DNA of 32,000 nucleotides from Candidatus Thorarchaeota archaeon (lineage in GTDB: Archaea > Asgardarchaeota > Heimdallarchaeia > Hodarchaeales > Hodarchaeaceae), in the NCBI GenBank assembly GCA_048882505.1, contig JBHLRO010000001.1:483650-515649 (forward strand), read 5' to 3'. Of this stretch, positions 18,560-26,864 are shown one piece after another. The notes beneath the pieces were generated by a model that was given only the letters and a program-made list of their open reading frames with translations, did not search any database and was not told the origin of the DNA. How positions within the stretch are numbered: position 1 is the stretch's first letter; the number at the start of each line of letters is the position of its first letter. The position numbers and the translations under genes are program-made.

Positions 18560-19624
18560 GTGTCAACAGTTAGAATAGTATTGGTCGGGGTTGGCAACGC
18601 CGCTTCATCGCTTACCCAGTCTTTGGTTTATTATAAAGATCGCCCTAGTGGGACAAAATATGAAACGATTGGAGATCTTCGGATAGGTGATATCGAAATC
18701 GTGTCCGCTTTTGATGTCGTTAAAGGAAAAGTCGGGAAAGATCTAGGGGAAGCGATCTTTGCAGAACCAAATGTTGCCCCGAAATTTATTAATTTCCAAC
18801 GGCCGACTGGGGTTGAGGTAAAGAAGGGACCTACGCTTGATGGAATATCACCATTACTCGCCGAAAGCATTGAATTAAGCCCTGTACCAGAAATGGATAT
18901 TGTTAAAGAATTAAAATCCGCTGAGGCCGATATGATGGTTTCTCTATTACCCACGGGTGCACAACAGGCTACATACGCTTATGCGGAAGCTGCCTTAACT
19001 GCAGGCCTTGCTTTCATTGAAGCTGCTCCGACACGGATATGTTCCGATGATAAATGGGTTAGGAGATTTAAGCAGGCTAATTTACCCGTTGTAGGAGACG
19101 ATCTTCAGTCTCAGATTGGAGGAACCCGTATTCATAAAGGTATCCTCGAAATGCTAGACTCATTTGGGGCCAAGATAAAGAACACTTACCAGCTTGATGT
19201 TTCAGGAGGGAGTGAAGGAATGAATACCTTGTATACTGAAAGACGTGACGAAAAACGGAAAATCAAAACGCAATCTATTAAGCGAACCCTTCCTTATCTT
19301 TCAGACGATGATATTGCATCAGGTACGACGGATTATTTAGATTTCCTGGAAAATGAACGGACAGGATATTTTTGGATATACGGGGGTTATTACTTGGACA
19401 CCCCATTCAAGATTGACGTCACAGTAAAAACATTAGACGGCCCTAATGGCGCAGGCACTCTCGTGGATGTCATTCGGGCAACCAAACTCGCATTGAGGCA
19501 AGGCATTGATGGTCCACTCATCTCAGTGTCGGCCTACGGATTCAAATACCCTCCTATTCATATTGGAGAGCACGCTGCGGTGGCTCGATTTGAAGAGTTC
19601 ATTGCAGGTGAGAGGCAGGATTGA
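18560..19624 (+). CDS. ino1: myo-inositol-1-phosphate synthase (archaeal/actinobacterial short type)
   Basis: IVLVGVGNAASS, IEIVSAFDV...KVGKDLGEAIFAEPN, LPVVGDDLQSQIGGT, TYQLDVSGG, DGPNGAG..VDVIRATKLA; SD gaggt and GTG start. Confidence 0.92.
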   Translation: MSTVRIVLVGVGNAASSLTQSLVYYKDRPSGTKYETIGDLRIGDIEIVSAFDVVKGKVGKDLGEAIFAEPNVAPKFINFQRPTGVEVKKGPTLDGISPLLAESIELSPVPEMDIVKELKSAEADMMVSLLPTGAQQATYAYAEAALTAGLAFIEAAPTRICSDDKWVRRFKQANLPVVGDDLQSQIGGTRIHKGILEMLDSFGAKIKNTYQLDVSGGSEGMNTLYTERRDEKRKIKTQSIKRTLPYLSDDDIASGTTDYLDFLENERTGYFWIYGGYYLDTPFKIDVTVKTLDGPNGAGTLVDVIRATKLALRQGIDGPLISVSAYGFKYPPIHIGEHAAVARFEEFIAGERQD

Positions 19625-19667
19625 TATTAATCCACGTCAAATCAATAAAGCAAAGTTTGGGTTTGAG

Positions 19668-19952
19668 GTGCTGAAGTCAGTAAAAATTTTCGTATCAGGC
19701 AGAGTCCAAGGTGTTTTCTTTAGATCTTATACCAAGGAATTTTCAGAAAGACTTGATGATGTTACAGGTTATGTGAAGAATCTACAGGATGGAAGAGTAG
19801 AGATCTATGCAGAAGGATCCGAAGCTTCTCTTCGTGCCCTTGCAAAATGGGCTAAAATCGAAGGTTCCCCTGCATCTAAGATACAGGGAACGGAGGAAAT
19901 CTGGGGAGATCTACCAACGCGAAATTTTGGCGACTTTCGAATCAGGTTTTAA
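19668..19952 (+). CDS. acyP: Acylphosphatase
   Basis: VSGRVQGVFFRSYT, GYVKNLQDGRVEIYAEG, GSPASKI. The start was moved from 19506 (inside ino1) to GTG 19668. Confidence 0.93.
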   Translation: MLKSVKIFVSGRVQGVFFRSYTKEFSERLDDVTGYVKNLQDGRVEIYAEGSEASLRALAKWAKIEGSPASKIQGTEEIWGDLPTRNFGDFRIRF

Positions 19953-19957
19953 GGGAA

Positions 19958-19983
19958 TCATTTTTCTTTCTTTTTTTTCTTAA
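19958..19983 (+). terminator. Oligo-T terminator after ino1-acyP
   Basis: catttttctttcttttttttctt begins a few nt after the stop codon. Confidence 0.55.
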
Positions 19984-20156
19984 ATTCCGACCATTCTTTT
20001 TCGGTCAGAAAAGACACAGGCTTTTATCTTGAGGCCACTTCGATAATTGATCCCCTCTGGTCAATAACCTTGGAACTTCTGGTTCCAATATACAGATAAG
20101 GAACTGGCTTATAATCGCAATAAGTTAAAAACTTCGGTTTTTCAAACAAAATTTAG

Positions 20157-21095
20157 ATGGAATCTGGAATGGAAAGATCAGTGGAATACGAGGCACGAAT
20201 CGTTTGTGATGCCGATTGCCGAGTATGTGTAGCAAAGAGAGAGAAGGATGTAAGTACCGAAGGAGGAGATATACTCCATTTTTGTCGTTCGTGTCAAGAA
20301 AAATATCTCTGTCCCGTAATCCTACCAACCACCTCGCGAGGGAAGGAATATCAGTGTCCAAAATGCTCTGAGAAATTGACGGAAATGACCCTAGAGCGCG
20401 CTCAACAAATAGGCCTGGCCTTTGGAGTCCAGCTCACCCGTATCAAACCTGAACGACGCCCAGTCGAAGAAATTAAACGAACATGGTTTTATTCGCCATC
20501 AGACCAAGGAGTCCTTTCTGAAAACTATGTCAAAGACCTATTGAATTACAAGGGTTTGGGGGTTTCCCAACTTACGGATTTGATGTACCACGCAGATTTT
20601 TCGTACCGTCCAGAGGCTAACCTTGAAAAACGACGTATGTTATGGGACATATTTGCTAAAAAACCACAGATTATTAGATCCCTTCATAACAGCTTGATTA
20701 CTCGCTCTGAACATCGTCGTGTCGACCTAGTTATTCGGACGCTAATGCAGCACGAGACGTTAGGATGTACCTATATTAGTTCTATTATCCCCAAGCATCT
20801 TGCAGGAACTATTGATCTCATTGGGATAGATCGGAAAACTGGGGGACTTGTCTGGATTGTTGTTCACGAAGATCGAATTGATGAGCAATTGATCAATACC
20901 CTCTTCAACGAAATCTTGAGCCTTCCTCCTCTCGAATTTATGGGTATTGAACGTTTAATCTTACTCACCAGAAAATGGATATGGATGGGAGCCGAAATTG
21001 CCAGACGGCAAGGTAAGGTCTTAACTAGATGGAAACAACTGACGATGGAACTTTGGGAGGAAAATCCGAATTTTACATTGCAAAAGCTTGCGTAG
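20157..21095 (+). CDS. Cys-rich Zn-binding domain fused to an apparently inactivated PD-(D/E)XK nuclease-like domain
   Basis: C17-x3-C21-x2-C24, H41-F-C43-x2-C46, C52, C67-P-K-C70. The C-terminal GTIDLIGIDRKTGGLVWIVV matches the NucS/Mrr-type IDILAxD..G.LVVIELK pattern but has lost ExK. Confidence 0.65.
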   Translation: MESGMERSVEYEARIVCDADCRVCVAKREKDVSTEGGDILHFCRSCQEKYLCPVILPTTSRGKEYQCPKCSEKLTEMTLERAQQIGLAFGVQLTRIKPERRPVEEIKRTWFYSPSDQGVLSENYVKDLLNYKGLGVSQLTDLMYHADFSYRPEANLEKRRMLWDIFAKKPQIIRSLHNSLITRSEHRRVDLVIRTLMQHETLGCTYISSIIPKHLAGTIDLIGIDRKTGGLVWIVVHEDRIDEQLINTLFNEILSLPPLEFMGIERLILLTRKWIWMGAEIARRQGKVLTRWKQLTMELWEENPNFTLQKLA

Positions 21096-21254
21096 AGGGA
21101 GTCATCAGGTACCAATAGAATATTCAAAAATGCATTCCCAACGAAAAAGGGATCACTGCAGAAAAATTAAAATTTTAAGTATAGTTGCCCATAGGACGGA
21201 AAAATCACAGACTCAAATAGCAAATGCACTAAATTTACTAATGGAGTAAATATT

Positions 21255-21285
21255 TAAAGAAAAGGGTAGAACAGAAAAAAACTAG
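21255..21285 (-). terminator. Oligo-T terminator after the Rab-like GTPase
   Basis: The minus strand reads ctagttttttttctgttctacccttttcttt downstream of the stop codon. Confidence 0.45.
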
Positions 21286-21310
21286 GGAGGTGATTCTCGA
21301 AATCTTTTGG

Positions 21311-21877
21311 CTAGGTCTGCTGCTGTTGTCGCTCCACATAATCCAGATATACATTCCCAAGCATATCAAAGGCTGCAGACACATTTAAACCTGTTTTAGC
21401 AGAAGTGGGCATAAATTTCACTGGAAAACCCGATTCCATAGTCTTTTTTGAAAGATTTACTGAAAATTCCTCTGCCTGACCATCGGTAACGTGGTTGGGA
21501 AATTGTTCCCGCAAGTCCACTTTGTTCCCCAGAAGTACGATCGGAATCATACCCTTTCCGTTATGTTGGAAAATTTCATCAAGCCAAGCTTCTAAATTTG
21601 TGAATGTATCAGGCCGAGTAACATCGAACACCAGAAGGGCACCCAGGCATCCATAATAATAGACGCTCCGGACTGTCCCAAATCGGGGTTGACCAGCCAA
21701 GTCCCATATCTGAAATTTGATGGATTTATCCCTGATTGTAGCTTCTTTGAGTGCAAAATCGGCTCCTATGGTCATCATATAATTGCTGGAGAATCCTTTC
21801 CCAAGGTAGCGCTCTCGGAGGGCGGTTTTGCCGACTGCGCCATCACCTGCGAGTACTATCTTCATTAAGAATGACAT
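21311..21877 (-). CDS. Rab-like small GTPase (Ras superfamily, Asgard type)
   Basis: G1 GDGAVGKT, G2 MTIG, G3 WDLAGQ, G4 NKVD, G5 TSAK; RabF1-5-like IGADF, KFQIW, RFGTVR, YYYGC, LVFDVT; no C-terminal prenylation Cys. Confidence 0.95.
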   Translation of the reverse strand: MSFLMKIVLAGDGAVGKTALRERYLGKGFSSNYMMTIGADFALKEATIRDKSIKFQIWDLAGQPRFGTVRSVYYYGCLGALLVFDVTRPDTFTNLEAWLDEIFQHNGKGMIPIVLLGNKVDLREQFPNHVTDGQAEEFSVNLSKKTMESGFPVKFMPTSAKTGLNVSAAFDMLGNVYLDYVERQQQQT

Positions 21878-22039
21878 GGTTATACCTCATTAGAGTATCG
21901 CGTGAAATGTATTAATTGGATGGTTCAGAGGGATAGTTCCCCATTCTAATTGACTGCTGGGGAGTATTGTATTGATTAATCATATTCTTTAATGTCGATA
22001 TTTAAAGCTGATTATTTGTTTGAAATAAATATTCCACAG

Positions 22040-22738
22040 CTAAACAGCGATTTGCTCGATGGAGTTTACAACACGGGCACCCGAAAGACTTGGAATCGTG
22101 GCAGTACCCATTAATAGAAAGATGTAGCGGTCTTTTGCGAACTTTTTATAACCTTTGGTAAGGTAAGAGATAGTATCTACTTCAGATTCATCCATAGCAA
22201 ACCAGATGGCCACGCGTTTCTTCTTGAACCCCCCTTTCTCCGCGACCAGATCAACGGGAGTCGCTTCGCTTACGATCGCCCGAACATTCTCTTGAACCTT
22301 GTACCCAGCCTTAGAGAATCTTGATCGCAGCGCAGCGGTCAGCAAGTAAGCTTTTATCTCCCCCGCTTTTCGTAAGTATTTTTCTCCTTCAAATTGTTGA
22401 CCCAAACGATCAAATGCTCCTGCCATCTTCCGAAACACACGGAAAAGAAGTTCGTTAGGGTGGACAGCGGTGGGGGGAAGCTCGAGAGTTTCTAATTGTG
22501 TCATCGCCGCGACTAGGTGGCTCAAGGCTTCTTGATCCTGCCGTTCAAGAATCTTTGTGTCCGCTAAACCTTCTTGAATCTCAGATTCGAGTAATAGGCG
22601 ATCAGTCTGGCTGAGCGTATCAGGAGGTTGAGACTGAAGAGCTGCGAGAGCATTGGTAAGGATCGTATGTGCTTGCTCAGTCTGCTTCGCGACTATGAGT
22701 TTCTTTGCTTCTTTTAGGGACAATTCAAAATCCATCAT
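22040..22738 (-). CDS. TPR-like helical domain fused to an apparently inactivated PD-(D/E)XK (Mrr-like) domain
   Basis: About 135 aa of amphipathic helical hairpins, then LRSRFSKAGYKVQENV...PVDLVAEKG...RVAIWF, where IECK-type catalytic residues are replaced by IWF. Confidence 0.62.
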   Translation of the reverse strand: MMDFELSLKEAKKLIVAKQTEQAHTILTNALAALQSQPPDTLSQTDRLLLESEIQEGLADTKILERQDQEALSHLVAAMTQLETLELPPTAVHPNELLFRVFRKMAGAFDRLGQQFEGEKYLRKAGEIKAYLLTAALRSRFSKAGYKVQENVRAIVSEATPVDLVAEKGGFKKKRVAIWFAMDESEVDTISYLTKGYKKFAKDRYIFLLMGTATIPSLSGARVVNSIEQIAV

Positions 22739-22945
22739 AATTCCTCTCGGGTTATAGCGAAACCTTATCCCATTTTCGATAAATTTCTGCTATTAGGGGA
22801 ATCCTAAATACTCCATTATAATCTTCTTCCGTGTAGCTGTAGGTATCGAAAACAGATCTTGTTAACAATCGGAACTGGTAATTCCTTGGCCGCAAGAATC
22901 CAAAGTTTTACGCATTTTATATCTGTTTGATGAAAGATGGTTTCC

Positions 22946-23671
22946 TCATTCATGGGTAACAAGGCGCGAAATTTGCGTAAGATATGTTTCGATACTATGT
23001 TTAGGTTTAAGGGCAACCAAAAGGATTCTCTCTGCATCCATGGTGTAGAGGAGGAGTGTATTAGTTCTTCCAGTCACTGCAATACTTTGTGCAGTCCCAC
23101 CCATGACTTTTGTAGGTAAACTTAAAGCTGAGGAGACCGCAGCCAATTGAGCTGGGTCAACATCAAGACCAACCAAAAACTCGCTCAGTGGAGCCCCGAC
23201 AGTTGTGAAGATAAGGATTGCTTCAGCTTCAGGAATAGAACGTTTTAGGCGCTCAATAAGGCTGTCTTCTATGTCGAGGGTCTTTATGATCGCGTTGATA
23301 TGATCAGCCGCTTCTCGGAGCTGAGTTCGGAGCTCCGCCATTGGTGGTCGTTCTTCAAATGATGATTTAGGGACAATAATTCTTGTAATAAGGATTGTGT
23401 CTCTTGCAAGGGTTGCCACAACGATCGCATCCTCTTGAAACACAATATAATCTAGTGTATGATCATTTAGATTCTCATCCATGAATTTTTCAGATATGGC
23501 TAATGCACTGGTAACGGCAGCGGGCAGAACATAAAGTTCATCCCCCGCAGTTGACCTCCTGGTTCGTTCAACGAGCGGAGACCCGTCTAGTGCGGCCACA
23601 ATGCATTGATGGACGTGCTGATTGCTAAACAATTTATCTAGGATTTTCTCGATTTCTGGATTATCGATCAA
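22946..23671 (-). CDS. Tandem roadblock/LC7 (MglB-like) domain protein
   Basis: Two copies of helix, short beta-hairpin (CIVAALDGSPL; AILIFTTVGAPL), helix (LPAAVTSALAIS; LAAVSSALS) and three strands; SD gaggtga and TTG start. Confidence 0.8.
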   Translation of the reverse strand: MIDNPEIEKILDKLFSNQHVHQCIVAALDGSPLVERTRRSTAGDELYVLPAAVTSALAISEKFMDENLNDHTLDYIVFQEDAIVVATLARDTILITRIIVPKSSFEERPPMAELRTQLREAADHINAIIKTLDIEDSLIERLKRSIPEAEAILIFTTVGAPLSEFLVGLDVDPAQLAAVSSALSLPTKVMGGTAQSIAVTGRTNTLLLYTMDAERILLVALKPKHSIETYLTQISRLVTHE

Positions 23672-23704
23672 TGCCGAATTTCACCTCTTAATAGGATACT
23701 TTTG

Positions 23705-23865
23705 GGGACTCGGAAGATCTGGGCTTGTCTCGTTTAAAAACCTGACGATTTCAATATTCCGAGACCCTTTGACGAGTACTCAGAGAGTTTGGTATAACCC
23801 TAAGTGGGCCGCTCTCTCTTTCTGGGTATGATCCTATTCATACCTGGTCTAAATATATCACCAGG
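23705..23865. repeat. Cluster of inverted repeats in the gap-roadblock spacer
   Basis: gggactcggaa (23705-23715) / ttccgagaccc (23757-23767); agagag (23782-23787) / ctctct (23812-23817); ggtatga (23825-23831) / tcatacc (23838-23844); cctggt (23843-23848) / accagg (23860-23865). Confidence 0.6.
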
Positions 23866-23880
23866 ACAGCAAAACTTCTT

Positions 23881-24963
23881 CTAAGATGAGAATAATTCGT
23901 TTAGAAATTCCGGTTTATAATTTCCACTTCTATGGATTCCTAATGCTTCGTCTGTCTTCTTCATACATTGTCCAACATTTGTTTCCCTAGCTAAAAGGGC
24001 GCGGATGGCATCAATGGTCTCGGGGATCGGAATAGATTCCATATGAACATCGTAAATCAGATACAGATTTTTTTGAGAATCCAAATTCAACGTTTCTTCC
24101 CAAATAAAGACCTCTGGGCGATCATATCTAGGTCTACCCAAATCACGAAAATACTCTACTAATTGCGCCGAATCGTACAATCCCTGACGGCCGGGCTCAA
24201 TGAGAATACGAGGCATCTGTTGGAATAGGCTAATTACTTGCTCACGGTTTAGTTCGGATGCCATAGTCACTTTCAGCATATGAACATGGGAGAGGGTCCA
24301 GCTCCCAGCAATTGCTAATGAATAAATCCTGTCTTTCATTTGGGGCATGACAGTTACAAGGTCGGGACCATGATGAGAAACTCCAAGGACGGGTGTTACA
24401 GCATTGATTGGACCACGGTTCGTTCGAGCTGGATCGCCGGCTCGCCTAGCAAGGGCGACAAAAGCCTCTGAAACTCCAAATTTGTGGGCTAAAGAGGCGA
24501 TAATTCGTGTTAACGCGGTCGTATTACACGAGACAACCCGAGTTTCGTCTACTCCTATGTTTTCGGCATAATTACCAAAAGTCGAAAACGATCGGTTGGT
24601 TAGCGAATGGCTTTCACCCCCGTGCACAATATACTTGACTCCATGCTTTTGGTAAAGAGGAATATTGTTACGGGGAACTCCTGAGGGAGTACAATCAACC
24701 ATAATATCTACATTCTTAACCAGATCTTCGAGAAATCCCACGATTTCAAATCCTGCATCCCGCATCTTAGGAGCGAAATCGGATACACTGCAATATATTG
24801 GATATCCACGTTCGACCGCGATTCGGAGACGAACGTCAGAGATAATATCGGCTATTCCGGTTAATTCCATATCTTTCTGAGCATAAACTGCATCTGCAAC
24901 CCTTTTCCCAATAATACCATATCCAACAACCCCTACCTTGGCTTTGTCATTTGCAGGACTCAC
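23881..24963 (-). CDS. gap: Glyceraldehyde-3-phosphate dehydrogenase, archaeal type II (phosphorylating)
   Basis: KVGVVGYGIIGKRVADAV, DCTPSG, HGGE, RVVSCNTT (catalytic Cys), RRAGDP, GPINA, SHHGPD. The start was moved to GTG 24963, just after the upstream gene's stop and a gagga SD. Confidence 0.95.
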   Translation of the reverse strand: MSPANDKAKVGVVGYGIIGKRVADAVYAQKDMELTGIADIISDVRLRIAVERGYPIYCSVSDFAPKMRDAGFEIVGFLEDLVKNVDIMVDCTPSGVPRNNIPLYQKHGVKYIVHGGESHSLTNRSFSTFGNYAENIGVDETRVVSCNTTALTRIIASLAHKFGVSEAFVALARRAGDPARTNRGPINAVTPVLGVSHHGPDLVTVMPQMKDRIYSLAIAGSWTLSHVHMLKVTMASELNREQVISLFQQMPRILIEPGRQGLYDSAQLVEYFRDLGRPRYDRPEVFIWEETLNLDSQKNLYLIYDVHMESIPIPETIDAIRALLARETNVGQCMKKTDEALGIHRSGNYKPEFLNELFSS

Positions 24964-24973
24964 AACGCTTTCC

Positions 24974-25411
24974 TCAGAATAAATTTGATGATTTCCTCTC
25001 TTCAATAAGTCCCTGAAGGAGTTTTTTCCCTTCCTCGGTCAGATAGAACATCCGAATGACGGTGGGATCAGCGATTTCAGTAATACTTTGCCCCAAATAA
25101 TCCAGGGTTTTCTTTACCATAGCGACGTCATGCCCAACAAGTCCTATGGCTTCCAACCACCCTAATGAAAGCAATGTTTTCTCAATTGAAAGCTTAGATT
25201 TTTCTTTGATTTTTTTGTATGTGACGCCGCGAATCCCGGTAGCCCCATGATGGCCTCGATAAAATTCCTCAGGATTTTCCAGTGCAAGGATCACTTTCTT
25301 CTGATCGATATTCAGGTCTTTGATTGATGTCACGCTTGCCAACCACCGAAATAGGCTATTTTTGTGAAGGTTTTCCTGCAATAAATAAGATGGAAAGTCA
25401 GGTACATCCAT
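24974..25411 (-). CDS. Winged helix-turn-helix protein, paralog A
   Basis: YKKIKEKSKLSIEKTLLSLGWLEAIGLVGH...RMFYLTEEGKKLL fits an HTH + LxxxGLV + wing + YxLTxxG pattern; the stop lies 10 nt before gap. Confidence 0.75.
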   Translation of the reverse strand: MDVPDFPSYLLQENLHKNSLFRWLASVTSIKDLNIDQKKVILALENPEEFYRGHHGATGIRGVTYKKIKEKSKLSIEKTLLSLGWLEAIGLVGHDVAMVKKTLDYLGQSITEIADPTVIRMFYLTEEGKKLLQGLIEERKSSNLF

Positions 25412-25530
25412 TTTCCTCTCACTAATAAACTAGCATAGGGGTTTAACACACGGGTTGTGATCTTCAATATGGGCTTATTGATATGGGTAAGTTTGATGGC
25501 CCTGATATCGCTAAGAATTTCCGAAAAATG

Positions 25531-25902
25531 TCAGCTAGAGCTATTAAGGTTCGACCCAATCGCCATACCTTTTATCATCTCCCTTCCCAAACTAGAAAGC
25601 CTAAATATCCTTACGATTTTTTGACCTGCGATCTCAACATTACTTCTGCCATGATAATTGATAGTTTGTCTCTGGACGGCAGGTATATGCTCGATCAAAC
25701 CTTTCGCTTCCAGTCCACCAAGAGAGAGTAACGTTTTTTCGAATGAAAGCTGGGATTTTTCCATGATTTTCTTATACGGCAGTCCAATGAAAATTCCATT
25801 CCCACGCTCTTCGGAAACCAAATATTCAGACGGATCAAAATAATTGAGAGCAAGGATTTCCAGAATCGTGCGCATATCATTACTTAAATTCATGTACGAC
25901 AC
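25531..25902 (-). CDS. Winged helix-turn-helix protein, paralog B
   Basis: YKKIMEKSQLSFEKTLLSLGGLEAKGLIEH...RIFRLSSLGREMI; 37/74 identical to paralog A without gaps (hand count). Confidence 0.75.
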   Translation of the reverse strand: MSYMNLSNDMRTILEILALNYFDPSEYLVSEERGNGIFIGLPYKKIMEKSQLSFEKTLLSLGGLEAKGLIEHIPAVQRQTINYHGRSNVEIAGQKIVRIFRLSSLGREMIKGMAIGSNLNSSS

Positions 25903-26028
25903 TGATCCCCAGGTTTCACACTTGCTTAATTTTCCTCATAGATTTTTTTTTAAGCCTTCTTGAGTTCTTGTTTCTGGTAATGAAAAAGTAACCCCTTTCA
26001 TAATCATGAAGACGGTATAAGGGGTAAC

Positions 26029-26565
26029 TTATTCAACGGAAATAACAAGCTGGTCAATGGGGATACGTTTACTAGGAATAATATTATCTTCAGCACAGTG
26101 GCCAATAGCAATTAGCGCAATAGGCCGTTCAATAAACTGTACTGGTACCTGGAGCTTAAGAATGTTGATGACTTCTTCTTCTGAAAAGGCCCCCACCCAG
26201 ACAGAAGCGAGGCCCGCGTTAGTACACGCTAGCTGTAAGTAGGCTGCAAAAATTGTAGCGTCCTGAATGGCATATAGAATACGACCCCGTTCATGATATC
26301 TTGTGCTGGAAATCGATGGGGCTGCAGACACCACAACCACTATTGGGGCTTCTGCGAGGAAACTCTGATCACCGGCCGCATGTGCTAGTTTCTCTCGTGT
26401 AAGTCTATTCTTGACCAAGATCAATCGTAGGGCTTGTAAGTTACCCGCACTAGGAGCACGTTGGCTCAATCTGATGACACCTTTAATCGTCTCATCGGGA
26501 ATTTCTTTTTTTATGAAGAAAGACCGACAGGAAAAGCGTTGTTTGACTAGAGTTTCAAATTCCAT
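26029..26565 (-). CDS. Nitroreductase family FMN-dependent oxidoreductase
   Basis: LVKQRFSCRSF, RAPSAGNLQ, QDATIFAAYLQLACTNAGLASVWVGAF, PIALIAIGH. ATG 26565 was preferred over GTG 26577. Confidence 0.93.
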   Translation of the reverse strand: MEFETLVKQRFSCRSFFIKKEIPDETIKGVIRLSQRAPSAGNLQALRLILVKNRLTREKLAHAAGDQSFLAEAPIVVVVSAAPSISSTRYHERGRILYAIQDATIFAAYLQLACTNAGLASVWVGAFSEEEVINILKLQVPVQFIERPIALIAIGHCAEDNIIPSKRIPIDQLVISVE

Positions 26566-26864
26566 TAGTATTTCCACGAAACCTTTATTTTTCGGTTATC
26601 GGGAGGATTTCGGATCTGTTTTTCGATTTTTCCTAGTTCTGAACAGATTTCAAATGCATTTGAATGCCAAACTAAAATCGTTCGAGCGGGGTTGATACTT
26701 AGAAAGGTATCCTGGGCAGGCCATCAAGGGCCTTATTTTACCTCAACACGTCATTTCAGATATATAGGCCGATATCCATGGCTTTTGCAGATTTTACGAC
26801 CAAGATATACATTATTGTAGAATCATGAAGAGGGGTGAGTTTTTATAGAATCATCTAGATTGAT

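Noticed and set aside
19506-19667. N-terminal extension of acylphosphatase given by the ORF track
   Set aside because: It overlaps ino1 by 119 nt, and family homology starts only at VLKSVKIFVSG.
20205-20228. CDADCRVC as a radical SAM motif
   Set aside because: The rest of the protein shows no radical SAM barrel features, and additional CxxC pairs favour Zn binding.
20157-22738. The two PD-(D/E)XK-like proteins as the missing restriction enzymes for the methyltransferases
   Set aside because: Both lack the (D/E)xK catalytic residues and lie more than 13 kb from the MTase genes.
24964-25005. N-terminal extension of GAPDH given by the ORF track
   Set aside because: It overlaps the upstream winged-helix gene; GTG 24963 has an SD and matches the family start.
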